A stretch of DNA of 64,000 nucleotides from Tubulanus polymorphus (lineage: Eukaryota; Animalia; Nemertea), in the NCBI RefSeq assembly GCF_964204645.1, contig NC_134034.1, positions 6,794,914 through 6,858,913 of the forward strand. Reading direction: 5' to 3'. Both the position numbers and the translations under genes were made by a program. The notes beneath the pieces were generated by a model. The model had not been told where the DNA came from. It was given only the letters and a program-made list of their open reading frames with translations, and made no database searches. How positions within the stretch are numbered: the first letter of the stretch is position 1; the number at the start of each line of letters is the position of its first letter. Below are positions 1-11,799 of this stretch, piece by piece.

Positions 1-86
1 GGGTGCACCCAATTCTTCGTTCTTGCCACCACAGGAGTTAAATATTGAATATTAAATCAAAACCTGACTACAACACTCATACTCAC

Positions 87-232
87 TTGTGTAATTTGTA
101 TAAATCAGTTTCTTTTTGAATCCCATAGATGCTCACAGGAATAAGACTATGAGGCAGGTCTAAAACATTAAGTTGCTGTAAGGCATCCAGTTGACTATGA
201 TTATCTAATGTTGTGGTTACATACTCCATATA
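87..232 (-). CDS. CHPF: CHPF-like exon 3 (YMEYV...ETDLYKLHK); gene continues left of window
   Basis: ttttag acceptor, gtgagt donor, open frame ending LYKLHK like CHPF MYxLHK. Confidence 0.75.
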
Positions 233-393
233 CTAAAATTCAAAACACAACATGAAATTCATCAGCCAAGATTGAGCAGTACCTTATCCAATGTACTGAA
301 TGATCGAAATATTCAAAGGCCAGGTGGCATTGAATACAAAAGGACAACAATCTACCAGAGGAGGGGAAATCTTTGATGAAATAGCTATATTAC

Positions 394-537
394 CTGTGAG
401 GTTGATTTACATGTGAGTTGTGTAGTCTGATATATACAGTTTGCTAGTATATCACCAATTCTTCCACCAACAAATCCACTAGCAGTAGCTTGCCTCTCAC
501 AAACTGAGAACCGAGAAATAACTTGTTCAAAGACGTT
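394..537 (-). CDS. CHPF: CHPF-like exon 2 (NVFEQVISRFSVC...DILANCIYQTTQLTCKSTSQ)
   Basis: Hand translation; tttcag acceptor and gtaata donor, 144 nt phase 0-0; Cys spacing resembles CHPF C..DEWLGRC..GVGC segment; missed by ORF track. Confidence 0.75.
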
Positions 538-1130
538 CTGAAACCACACAGCAAACATCTACATGGAGCAAGCTCAAAAAATGAAAACAGCATATTGAAA
601 GTGATAATAGGCAATAATAGAAGCACAACAACTAAACTAATAACCATTGGTGAAACACTATTCCCTGTTTTTATGTTATATAGAGAATCCCACACTAATA
701 TAGTGAGAAAGATGAAGTCCAATAAGTTTCTTTCAAACTATTAATATATTGATTCAATGTTTCCCCGATAACCTAAAAGTCGTCTTCATCTTCATTCCTA
801 GTGCTTCTAGCAATCTTTTGCTATAGACATCAGACAGCAGATGAGATAGCAAATACTCATTAGAGAGGTTGACAAAAGATAGTAGAATAACTTTTTAAAT
901 CTTTGTCGATAACATAGATAAACAAGACTTTTAACAGGATTCGAAAACTAAGGATGTTATAGGCCTATCTGAAAATTCATTAGAAAAAGGATCACTGATT
1001 TTGATGAATTCTAACTGTCAATAAGACGGATTTGGTCGGGGAATTCTATTTTGAACGTATCACCTGATAGGATGCAATAACTGTAGCACAAGAACTCATT
1101 TACCAATTCAATTCAATTAAACTTACATCT

Positions 1131-1973
1131 AAACTAGGGGTCCAGGGACACCATGCCCACTTGGGAAGTGGTTCCAAATGCTCAACAATCTAACAATTTC
1201 AATAGTCAACGCCCCCTGGTGACAATATACAAAAACCAATGACCTTGAAACTCACCACAATCATAGAACATGTCAGCAGCTACGATTTTGTAATTGATCG
1301 TGATAACAAAATAAGCCTCGTAACCAATTTAATATGGAAATACTAAGTTATTCTACTATTCAACGCCCCCTGGTGACCATATAGAATAACTAATGGCCTT
1401 AAAACTTGCCACAATCATAGATGATGTCATGAGCTACAACTTTGCAATTGATTGTGGTTACAAAATATGCATTGATACGAATATAATATAGAAATACTAA
1501 GATATTGTATTATTTAACGCTCCCTGGTGGCCATATACAAAAACCAATGACCTTGAAACTCACCACAATCATAGAACACGTTATGAGGTACAAGTTTCTA
1601 ATTGATTGTGGTAACAAGATACGCTTAGGTATCAATATAATGTGGAAAAGCTTTTTCCCACCTACGAATGAGTACTGATGACACCAAGATGGCCGCCAAT
1701 TGCGTCATAATTGGCTGATCAAAAATACATGATAAAATACATGGTAAAATTGCAATGAGGAATGGCAAATCAGTAGGGAGCTACAGGACTCAGAATTCGG
1801 CCCAAAATTGACATTTTTTGGCACTAAAAAGGTCATAAGACGATCATCTTAAGTCCGATCGACCCTATTTTTGTTATGCTGATGGGCCCTGGGGGGATTC
1901 ACATACATCTGAAAGATCAAGGTAATCGATCAAAGCATCTTCAAAATTTCCTTCAAAAAGTTCAAAAATATGT
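1131..1973 (-). mobile_element. HINE-A (Helentron-associated non-autonomous element), 5'-truncated copy
   Basis: 3' end gtgggc-atggtgtccctggacccctagttt (rc); three ~154-bp internal repeats (aacgccccctggtg-like at 1208, 1362, 1516). Confidence 0.7.
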
Positions 1974-2562
1974 AACTAGGGGTCCACTTTACACCATGCC
2001 CACTTGGGAAGTGGTTTCCAATGCTCAACAATCTAACAATTTCAATATTCAACGCCCCCTGGTGACCATATACAAAAACCAATGACCTTGAACCTCACCA
2101 CAATCATAGAACATGTCAGCAGCTACGATTTTGTAATTGATTGTGATAACAAAATATGTCTCTTTACCAATTTAATATGGAAATACTAAGTATTCTACTA
2201 TTCAACGCCCCCTGGTGACCATATTCAAAACCCAATGACCATAAACTCACCATAATCATAGAACATGTCATAAACTTCAACTTAACAATTGATCATGGTA
2301 ACAAAATATGCCTAGGTACCAATCTAATATGGAAATACTAAGTTATTCTACTATTCAACGCCCCCTGGTGACCATATAGAATAACTAATGTAAAACTCAC
2401 CACAATTGTAGATGACGTCATGAGCTACAACTTTGCAATTAATTGTGGTAACAAAATATGCTTAGGTATCAATATAATGTGGAAAAACTTTTTCCCACCT
2501 ACCAATGAGTACTGATGATACCAAGATGGCCACCAATTGCGTCACAATTGGCCGATCAAAAA

Positions 2563-2724
2563 TTACAATTTTTGGAACTAAAATTTGTATTTCCGAGTAG
2601 TACTTACCCTTTCCTATGGTTTTTGCCAATATTTTCTAAATTTGGATTGATCGCCAATGGTTTTTCTATACGACCCGGCCCTGCGGTATTGCATTTAGCC
2701 ACCGGCGAAATCCGCCATCTTTTT
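2563..2724 (-). repeat. DIRS 3' ITR with ~25-bp terminal extension (2563-2587)
   Basis: 2588-2724 is a near-perfect reverse complement of 9814-9952. Confidence 0.9.
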
Positions 2725-2781
2725 ACGTCATAGCAGACCAAAAAAAAAAACAGCTATGCGGGGCAGGTGGGCGGGATTCCC

Positions 2782-2879
2782 ACCATAGGAGAGGGTAAGT
2801 ACTACTCGGAAATACAAATTTTAGTTCCAAAAATTGTAATATTTCCGTCGAGTACTGTACCCTTTCCTATGGTTTTTGC
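2782..2879. repeat. DIRS internal complementary region (ICR)
   Basis: 2782-2839 = rc of left end; 2840-2879 = rc of right end; reproduces circle junction aaattgtaa|tatttccg. Confidence 0.9.
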
Positions 2880-3139
2880 TAGACTAGCCTAGCACAAGGA
2901 TGGTGGGAAAGGTAGATAGAAAAACCATCGCTCAAACGCAAGGTAAGAGGGAAAAAGAGAGCACTTACCCAAGCACGGAATGGAGCACTGTAGCACAGGG
3001 AAGACCGGTTGGCCAAAGTGAGTCTGTCCAGCTCAAGGCCCCCCCCCCGGAATTTTGCGAAATTAATACTTGCAGATATGAGCCCAAACTATGTACAAGG
3101 ATACACCCCCTGTGATCCTGATAATGCAACATAAATATT

Positions 3140-4620
3140 CTACACTAAAAGGTCCGATCGGAAAGAACGGACACCTTGAGCCATGACAACAGGACCAAGT
3201 GAAGCTAATGAGCCTAACTGGCCTGAAACATCCCGTAAATAAAATGACGTGAATGTCGATGGAGAATTCCAAAAGGTGGCCCGACAGACTTCCTCCAATG
3301 GAGCACCCGAAAAGGCTGCGCAGGAAGTAGCCATAGACCTCACTTGATGAGAAACCAATCCCTCCGAGGAAAGATTTTCCTTCAATAAAATGTCCTTGAT
3401 CAGTGAAGAGACCCATCGGGCCACTGTATCCCGTGAAATATCACCCTTTAGGTGATCCAGCAGCGGAATAAATAACCGCTCCTGTGAACCCCTCCGTGAA
3501 GCAGAGCGATCTAAATAGAAACACAACGCCCACACAGGACATTAAGTCCTGTCCGGGATGCCCGGTTCCACTCGATGTTTTAGGGCTTCAATTCGCCATT
3601 GACGCCCAACCAAGCCTGGTCGTTGGTTCTTTGCCAAAAATTCCAAAGCAGGCCACAGCGAAACAAATTCCTTCGCTGGCCCAAAGACAATATGACCTTG
3701 TCGGACTGAAAGCGCATGAATCTCAGAGCGACGGGCCGAGCAAGCCAAGAACAGCAAAAATACAGTCTTTTTTGACAAATTTGCAAATGACACTGCCGAA
3801 AGAGGTTCAAATGGAGCCTCCATTAACTTCTTCAAAATTACAGACAGATCCCATGGTAGAACTATCCTTGGTACCCGAGGCCGGGAAATAGAAAACCCTG
3901 CAACAAGCTGGGATATTCCGCACTGACTAAAGATTTGTAATAATAATTAATAACATTTTAGAAATGGCCAGAATTTTAACTTAGGTTCTATCTCATTTTT
4001 ATTTCACAATTGCGATTGGTATATTTTTTTTTTAAACGGCCGTTAAGGCTTCATGTTTCGTCTGCAATTCACTGCAAATAGTTACGCAACTACGCACATT
4101 TCAGTGTTTTTGGCAGCTGTACACTCAATCGGAACCGTTCGTGACTAGCTTCACTGCGGAATTATCATTAATTAACATCGCCATATCACATCATCAACTT
4201 ATATTGTGCCTTAAAACCCTAACAGCCGAAATAATTGAAATGCACACACGATTTCTATCATTGAAAATTGAGAGAGTGGCCGTGTTTGTGTTCTGCTGCT
4301 TCGCGTAAATCCTGCGCAGTGCCGCAACCGCGCGGAGTGGGGCCGATACGTCCAGAAGCACGCAATGTATGAGAAATCGCGGAGCGGTAACCTTTAATAG
4401 TTATGACCTGCAAACCTTTTACTACAAATAGGTGCAGTAAAAAATCTGCCAATTGAGCTACAGAGGGTGAGCATGGATCAATTTCCCCTGCAGCACACAA
4501 ATCCGCAAAATGACTCCATTTGGCATCGTAAATGGTACTTGTTGATGGCAGCTTAGATCCTGCGATAAAGGAGGCAGCCTGTTCTGAAAAGCCTGAAGCT
4601 GGCAAGGATCGCTGGACAAT
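3140..4620 (-). pseudogene. DIRS tyrosine recombinase, interrupted by MITE and one in-frame stop (3542-3544)
   Basis: IYDAKW..F, TIKGYRSAI, PWDL, PFEPL, ARRSEIHAL, FLAKNQ, HQVRS, W.S..TF..FY; upstream frame overlaps RH/MT up to 5547. Confidence 0.9.
3921..4321. mobile_element. Non-autonomous DNA transposon with CACTG...CAGTG ends, 3-bp TSD CCG (CMC/Chapaev3-like)
   Basis: CCG at 3918-3920 and 4322-4324; excision restores YR frame (..RGC-GISQLVAGF..); TIR short and imperfect. Confidence 0.65.
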
Positions 4621-6335
4621 GGCCAGGCGAGCAGATTTAACCACTGGCTGTTTGGATGATGAATGTTCCCCTGAGAGAGAAGCGATGGGAAATTCGGAAG
4701 AATCCTGGGGTTGTCGCACAGTAGGTTGAGAAGTGGTAGGAACCATTTCTGGGCCGGCCAACATGGTGCTACCAGAACTATGTTGCAATTGACTGATCTC
4801 TCTATTTGATCCAGTAAGCGCGGCAGGACTGGTGTGGGCGGGAAGGCATACGCATGCATCCCCGACCAGTCCAAAGAGAAGGCATCGACCCCCCACGCTT
4901 CCGCGTCTGGAAACAGGGACACAAACAAAGGACACCTCTGATTGAACCGGGTGGCAAACAGATCCAGCAGCGGATTGCCAAACATGCCCCGAACCCGATC
5001 GGCTACTTCTTGGTGGAGAACCCATTCTGTCGCAATAGCCTGACCTCGACGAGACAGAGCATCGGCCGTCACGTTCCTTTTCCCTGCTAAAAGTGCCACA
5101 GTCAGGGACACACCCTCTGTCTGGCACCAAAGAAGAATTTTGGCCGACAGACCTGTGAGGGTTTCTGAGTGAGTGCCCCCTTGGTTCTGAAGGTAAGCCC
5201 TCACTGTTGAATTGTCTGTGGCTAACCAAACGTGGTGGCCCTCCACTCTCCTGTGAAAGAACTTCAGGGCCTTCCACACAGCCAGCATTTCTAGGAAATT
5301 TATGTGGTTGGTGGCCTCGTAGCGAGACCATCTCCCGGCTTTGACTCGGTTCTCCAGATGTGCCCCCCATCCTTGGTGACTGGCAGCCGTGAATACACGA
5401 ACTGGAGCCTCTAACGGGGCTAGTGACACCCCGCGCCGAAGATTCGTAGTTGCCGCCCACCACTGAAGATCCGGACTTAGATCGGTTGGAGGTACGGGAA
5501 TCAAGGTCTCCCAGTTGCCCTTCGACCGAGACCAGAAGACCTTCCAATACTGTTGCAAGTGCCTGCTTCTGAGGCGGCCTTAGGGCACCACCAGACCCAT
5601 GGAGCTGATGGAGCCTAGAAGCCGTGACCAGTAACGAGCTGTTCTTGGCGTTGTGGAAACTCCCGCTACAGCTCCTTGAAGTTTGGCTACTCGAGCCATA
5701 GACGGAAAGACTTTGCCGATTCGGAGATTAAAGTCCATGCCGAGATAAGTGAACTGTTGAGCCGGCGTCAACTGAGATTTTTCCCTGTTTACGCGGAACC
5801 TTAGCTGATGGACTAAGTCCAAGACTGAGGTCATTGCCTCCCGACATTCCTGAGCCGAATTGGCGACTATTAACCAGTCGTCGAGGTAAACGAACAGTCA
5901 AACACCCCTGGACTGAAGTACCTTCTGAACCGACTTGACCAACTTGGTGAAATGGTACTGAGGCCAAATGAAAGAGACCTGAATTGGAACTGGCAGCCTT
6001 TCCACTTTATCCTGAGAAATCACCGAGATTTTGGGTGAATTGGAACCTGAAAGTAAGCATCCTTCAGGTCCAACGAAGCCGCCCATTGACCCGCACGAGA
6101 GCCCTTGAATCACGTCCTTGGGTTTGGTCATCCGGAACCTTGGAATGTCTAGGTGCTGCTTGAGGGATGACAGATCTATCACCGTCCGTTGACCACCTGT
6201 GGCCTTTGGTACCATGAATATTCGAGAAAACCAGCCGGGAGAAGTTTCGTTGCAAACTGGTTCTATCGCTCCCTTCTCAGCCAATTCCTTGAGAGCCGGA
6301 GAGATTAAGGCCTCCTGACCTGGTTTTGGCCACAT
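4458..6335 (-). pseudogene. DIRS pol: RT (frameshifted), RNase H and DNA adenine methyltransferase-like domain
   Basis: FSRIFMVPKATGGQR.VIDLS; VYLDDWL at ~5870-5890; HINFLEMLAV, TDNSTV, N.TADALSR; DLFAT..N, DAF...W, YAFPP. Confidence 0.9.
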
Positions 6336-7855
6336 GTCGGGAGGTGACCTCGTCAGGCGCGGTCGCCTTAGGAAACGGAGACGGTAGCCACGAGAGACGA
6401 CCCGGGGAGGGTCAACTGTCTCCTAAAAGGTCGGACCAGTGGGTTGCTGCCTGCTGCAGACAACCTCCCACTGGTCTCAAGAATTCATTTCGAGTTTTTC
6501 CGAAAGGAAGAGCCCCTTTATGGAGCCTTCCCCTTGCCTCGATACGAACCGGAACTGTTACGACTGGATGAGGCTTGACACGATTGTTGAAGTTGCGCGC
6601 TAGTTCTCCAACCGGTATCCGAAGCCGCCTGAGAAAGCGCTGAAGTTTGAGATGGTTCTGTTTAAGTCCGTGTCGAACCTTGCGCCGCCGGCGTCGGACC
6701 AGAACACTTTTTCTACGGAGTTCGGGGTTGGACTTGGCCTGGACCTCACGAATCTTCCTCAGCTCTGCGGAAACCGGAGCGCACCAACCGGAGAAGAGAC
6801 GTGAAGACGTCCCCAATGGAGCTCTCAGCAAAGCATTGGACACCATATCCGGTAGACAGGTTTTGGAACTGGAGTCCATCACTGACTGACGGGAGGCTAA
6901 CACAAGATTAGCCTGACCCCGAACCGACAACGGAATTACATGCGAAACAGACCGAGCCAAAGATTGGATAATCCGGTCCATTCCCTCCAGTTTTAGGGCA
7001 ACTAACTCTGGGTCGGAGCCCGCATGAACGGCGGCGTGAGTCACGCGAAGCTCACCCGTCAACACCTTAAGTGCCATATCCTGAAAGGAACCAACCCTGG
7101 TAAGATTGTCCAGGATTGACGTTATGGCCACCAAACCGGACTTAGGCAAACGAATACCCGACTGTGCTGTAACAGTATCCGGGCTGATCAAAGTATAATC
7201 AGCATCCAGGCAGTTATGACTGTGATCCACAGCACCTGGAGTTGCGTAATACGCCAAGCGAAATGCGCCTATAGGTGGATCAGTTGAACTAAAATATTTC
7301 CCAGATTTCATACCCCGTTCTGGAGGGGGAAATGAAAATGTTCCAGGCCGACATTCACCCCATAATTGCGTATCCAATCAAGCCCATTCTCTGGAAACCG
7401 CCGCCGATTCCCGTAAAACGTTAAGATCGGAGTCCGGAGGGCGATAAGCTTCCATTGACTCACCCACCAGAGGAGCTGCTGTGGGCTTAGCGCGAGTTGC
7501 CCCGTGCTTGACAAAGAACTCACTTATCATCGCTCTAAATGGCATGTCCCCCGCTGGTTCGGATAAAACTGAACGGGACGGAGATACATTGCGAGCAAGG
7601 GAAGCCCCCATCGTCTGGGGCAACCCACAATTGCTCGCGACAGGAACGACCCCAGAAGGAATTGCCGCTTCTGGGACCGGATCCTCATTGAAATCAGATC
7701 CTACCGCAGCATCCAGGAATTCAGAGTCAGAATTCCGAAGAACTGAGTGGGCTGGCGAACTTCTAACCGGACAATCAGGAATAGGCTTACCTGTTGTAGA
7801 GGTTGCAGCGACTTGTTGCGACGATGATAACAAGTTTAAAATTTTCTCTTCAAAT

Positions 7856-8809
7856 GAAAGGCTGAATCCAAGAACATGTCTATCACACTTTTGAGCCCAA
7901 ACGTCTACTTTTACTTAGTAGCCACTTGAGAACAATAAGCAATTACCGTATTTTCCGGCCAATAAGCCGAGGGCCGTTTTTTAGCCTAAAATACATGGAT
8001 TTCATAAAGCTTCGCCCAATAAGCCGAGGCCCTTCATCAGAGATTTTAATTCACTGATTTGTCAATTAGTTCGTCTTAATTGACGATTTAAGAGGCTGAC
8101 AGTAGCGCCCGCCGATGTGTGAGAGTGCTGTGTATACTATCATCGCCGAGTGACTGTGCTATATATAGACTCACTCAGCTGATTACTATACACACAGCCA
8201 TACACGCAGTACGCCGCTCACTGCTGATTTGCATATATACTAATGTATGAACTGACACGTGGTAGTACGATGAACTCGCGCGTTATACAAATGTATACCA
8301 TTGCCGCTGTGTGGTGATAGAACAATCAAAGTAAAAATAAAATAGTTCAAAATAGATTATAATTGGTAGTAAATAATGACCTCAAATAAATATCGACCAC
8401 TTTTCTTGATTTTGACGATCATTGAGAGCATTAGAGTGGCATAGATCAGGAAGTGATGTTTTATGTCAGATCGTATCCGCCCAATAAGCCGATCACGATA
8501 TTTTGGGTAAAAATCTGAGGCTAGAAAATCGGCTTATTGGCCGGAAAATACGGTAACGATATCGGCTACTTTTCCAGTAGTATACATTTCAAAACAGTCA
8601 CTCTGAAATAGTATTCCTTTCAATTCGGTTGGTTTTCTTTAGTGGCTGTTTTGAAGAGTCTACTATTGAAAAGTGACCATTTTGAAACATCTGATTTCGA
8701 TAGTGCACACTAGCAGTAGAGGTGACTGTAAAACCACCCGCCTGTTAACAGTGACTTTGTGATAGTAACTCCTACCATAGCAGCTACATGTTCTTGGATT
8801 GAGCCTTTC
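7856..8809. mobile_element. MITE with 24-bp TIR and AAAT TSD (Sola1-like, AWWT target)
   Basis: gaaaggctgaatccaagaacatgt ... acatgttcttggattgagcctttc; AAAT at 7852-7855 and 8810-8813. Confidence 0.8.
7946..8553. mobile_element. Tc1/mariner-pogo-type MITE, TA TSD
   Basis: Perfect 25-bp TIR ccgtattttccggccaataagccga; TA on both sides; internal ccaataagccga repeats. Confidence 0.9.
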
Positions 8810-9813
8810 AAATACATGGAAATCCTTCTGAGTCAGGAATTTTCCGGTATCCCGACGATCATGCCGACTTCGGTGACGGTCCCTCGAACGGGATCGAGAC
8901 CTACTAGAAGAATCGCCTTCATCGCTAACCGACGTCGACGAACGATGAGAAGACCGACGGCGAAACTTCCTACAATAACGATCGTAGTCCCTCTCGAGAT
9001 CAAACCTTGATCTGCGAGAAGGAGATCTTGCTCGTTTATTACGCTCACAGCGTCTAGATCTAGTGGGAGAGCGAGCTCTAACCCCGGAGCGATGATCAGA
9101 ATCAGACGATGAACGAACCGGATGTTTTGAACCGGACGACGTCTGGACCGGACCAGTGCCCGACCCGGACCGGTACCGACCGAACCGGGCCGTTCCCGAC
9201 TACCGCGGCGCGCGCTTGGTTCAGACCATGTAGTCTGAACCGGCCGAACGGGCCAAACCGGTGAACGACCAGAGACCAGTGCCGCTGAATCAGCGTTCCT
9301 CCCCGGTGAACGGAGTTGGGAAGCCGATCGTACCAGAACGACCGGCGACCGCTCCGCTATACGATTAGAAACAGGATTAGAGACGTCAGTTGGCACGTCC
9401 CTGCTATTAACTCGACGACGATCTCTTAGTTAAAGAGCCTTATCGGCCGGAAGCCAAAGGTCCTCGGACCACACCTAGCAAATCTTGCTCCTTGCACATA
9501 TTTGACCGGATTTGCGCCTGCACGACGCACAAGAATCGTGATTGTCCCAGGCGCCAAACAAATGCCCGCATCCCTCCCCGCCACGATGTTGACCCTTAGG
9601 AGGGGGTGGCATAATTATCCTGTCACAATAATAAATTCAATTCAATTCAATCAAATTATATTTGTAAATAAAATTCTTACGGAAAAATAGAAACCAGGGA
9701 TAACCCCCAAACCGAACTGACTCACCGTCATGAGAGTGAAAACTCCCTAATATCCTAATTCCCCGATTTTTACGGCGAAAAAATCCAACGCGTTCTACTG
9801 CTAGAACGCCAAG

Positions 9814-9952
9814 AAAAAAGATGGCGGATTTCGCCAGTGGCTAAATGCAATACCGCAGGGCCGGGTCGTATAGAAAAACCATTGGCGATCAATCCAAATT
9901 GAGAAAATATTGGCAAAAACCATAGGAAAGGGTACAGTACTCGACGGAAATA
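9814..9952 (-). repeat. DIRS 5' ITR
   Basis: Inverted match to 2588-2724. Confidence 0.9.
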
Positions 9953-11079
9953 TACCTGGCTCAGGTATAAAACAACCTTTTCCATAGAATACCCATCACA
10001 AATTGCAATGAGAAATGGCAAACCAGTAGGAAGCTACAGGACTCAGAATCTTTGTCAAAATTGACATTTTGGGCACTAAAAAGGTCATAGGACAGCCATC
10101 TTGAGTCCGATCGACCCAATTATTCTTATGGTGATTGGCCCCTGGGGGATTCAAATATATATGAAAGATCAAGGTAATTGATTCAAGTGTCTTCAAAATT
10201 TCTTTCAAAAAGTGCTGATTTTGACGTACAACAATGGCTGCCAGTCGGCCATCTTAATTCTGACAGGGCCAGTTTTTGGCCTGAAGATGTGTCTAGGGTA
10301 TATACATGTATAAACCAAATATCACGACATTACCTTGAAGCGTCTTCAAAACTTCCCACAATAACTGGATTCCGTGTACGGACAATGGACGAAAAGTGAA
10401 CACAATAGCCCGCTGGGACTAAAGTCCCAAGTGGGCTAAAAAGTGTTGATTTTGGCGAACAACATGCTGATTTTGACGTACAACAATGGCTGCCAGTCGG
10501 CCATCTCGATTCTGACTAGGCCAGTTTTTGGACTGAAGATGTGTCTAGGGTAGATACATGTGTAACCCATATATCAAGACATTACATTGATGCGTCTTCA
10601 AAACTTCCTAAAATAACTGGATTCCGTCTACGGACGGACGCTATGACGGATGACAGATGAAAAGTGAACGCAATAGCCCGCTGGAACTAAAGTCCCAAGT
10701 GGGCTAAAAAGACGTAGCAAAATGACTAATTGCGAAAAAATATGAACAATACAGGTGAATGAACATTAATAAATTGACATCAGTAGAATGTAGTGTTTGA
10801 TTTAAGCGAGGCCAGTTTCATATCAAATCAACTCAACTGGTCATCAGGGCCAGTGGAATTCTTTCCTTAAATCTAACCCTGGAATGGCAGTTTTGCACAA
10901 TGATGGTAGGAGGAAATTACTTATTCAACAGATTTATCAAAATTAGTCACATTTTGATCCACTTCTTAATTCACTCATCCCGGATCAATGGATCATGAAT
11001 CATTTTCATTCATTATACCCGTATTCATCTAACATACTTGATTATGTCTGAATGTAGATGCTCCAAAATCTTGGCTTAC

Positions 11080-11799
11080 CCGAGAAATGATTAATCCTGC
11101 CTTGATATCACACAAATTCCTGTCATCACTCTTTGGGACTCCAATGAATGCTGTTTTGCCATCACTGATACTCAAAGAATGTACGAACTGCTTCAAGGCT
11201 TGACCATTTAAATACGTGTTATCCGACACAAACATATACCAGTCGTAAAGGAGCGCAGTGTTTTGATTATTGATGTACTGCAGGGCGAATAATGGAATGA
11301 GGTGATGACGATTAGTATTGAAACTCACAATGGACATTTCTTTTGGTATGACAGTATTCTTAGCACGTGGCCCCATAAAAAAGATCAGTTTCGAAACTGT
11401 ATGCCTTAATGTACGGTTCATGGCAACAGCTAATGAATTAATATCATTGGCTGATGAATAGACACCAACAAATAATTTAGGATGTATATTCAGCTCTTGA
11501 GAAACAAATAATGGACGCTTAAATGCCCTTTTTTCGTTGTATTCTAATACTGTGTTTTCAATCCATTTAGGCTCAAAATCACCATCAGTCTCATCAATCG
11601 ATTTAGTGTCTCTTAATTTTGCAAGTCGGTCATCGGAGCTGCTATCAGATGCTATTGCTTGGTCAAATTCCTGGCAGAATGAAGCTTCATTGGAAAATGT
11701 TGATGTAATTAAACTCAAACAAACACCAACAATTAATCCAAACAGCAATGGGCACATGTTTGACATGAAAGTGATAACCCGACGAGGCAACATAATCAT
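11080..11799 (-). CDS. CHPF: CHPF-like (chondroitin polymerizing factor / chondroitin sulfate synthase family) first coding exon
   Basis: N-terminal TM segment (PLLFGLIVGVCLSL), RPLFVSQEL..KLFVGV, AVAMNRTL, YDWYMFVSDNTY motifs; phase-0 GT donor after ..IISR (gtaagc at 11079); polypyrimidine/AG acceptor at ~11858 makes ATG 11799 more likely than ORF start 11937. Confidence 0.8.

Larger units (their letters stand above)
6412..9612 (-). pseudogene. DIRS gag/ORF1, broken by stops, frameshift and nested MITEs
   Basis: ATG 9612 MPPPPKG..GCGH....WDNHDSCASCR..C..C Cys/His finger; RS-rich middle; frame GKFLTQKDFHV-FEEKILNLLSSSQQ restored on removing 7856-8813. Confidence 0.75.
2563..9952 (-). mobile_element. 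DIRS1-like tyrosine-recombinase retrotransposon, full length, degenerate
   Basis: Inverted terminal repeats, ICR, gag-RT-RH-MT-YR order, no TSD. Confidence 0.95.
1974..10710 (-). mobile_element. HINE-A copy split by DIRS (1974-2562 + 9953-10441) with duplicated 5' end (10442-10710)
   Basis: Halves join to match the intact copy at 13500 (gatcaaaaa|tacctg); 5' subTIR/hairpin ttttagcccacttgggactttagtcccagcgggcta and GTCC microsatellite, DINE-1/HINE architecture. Confidence 0.75.

Noticed and set aside
444-744. ORFs 444-722 (-) and 523-744 (+)
   Set aside because: The real exon is in another minus frame (394-537)
3063-9690. Plus-strand and alternative-frame ORFs within DIRS
   Set aside because: Shadow frames of GC-richer retroelement coding sequence
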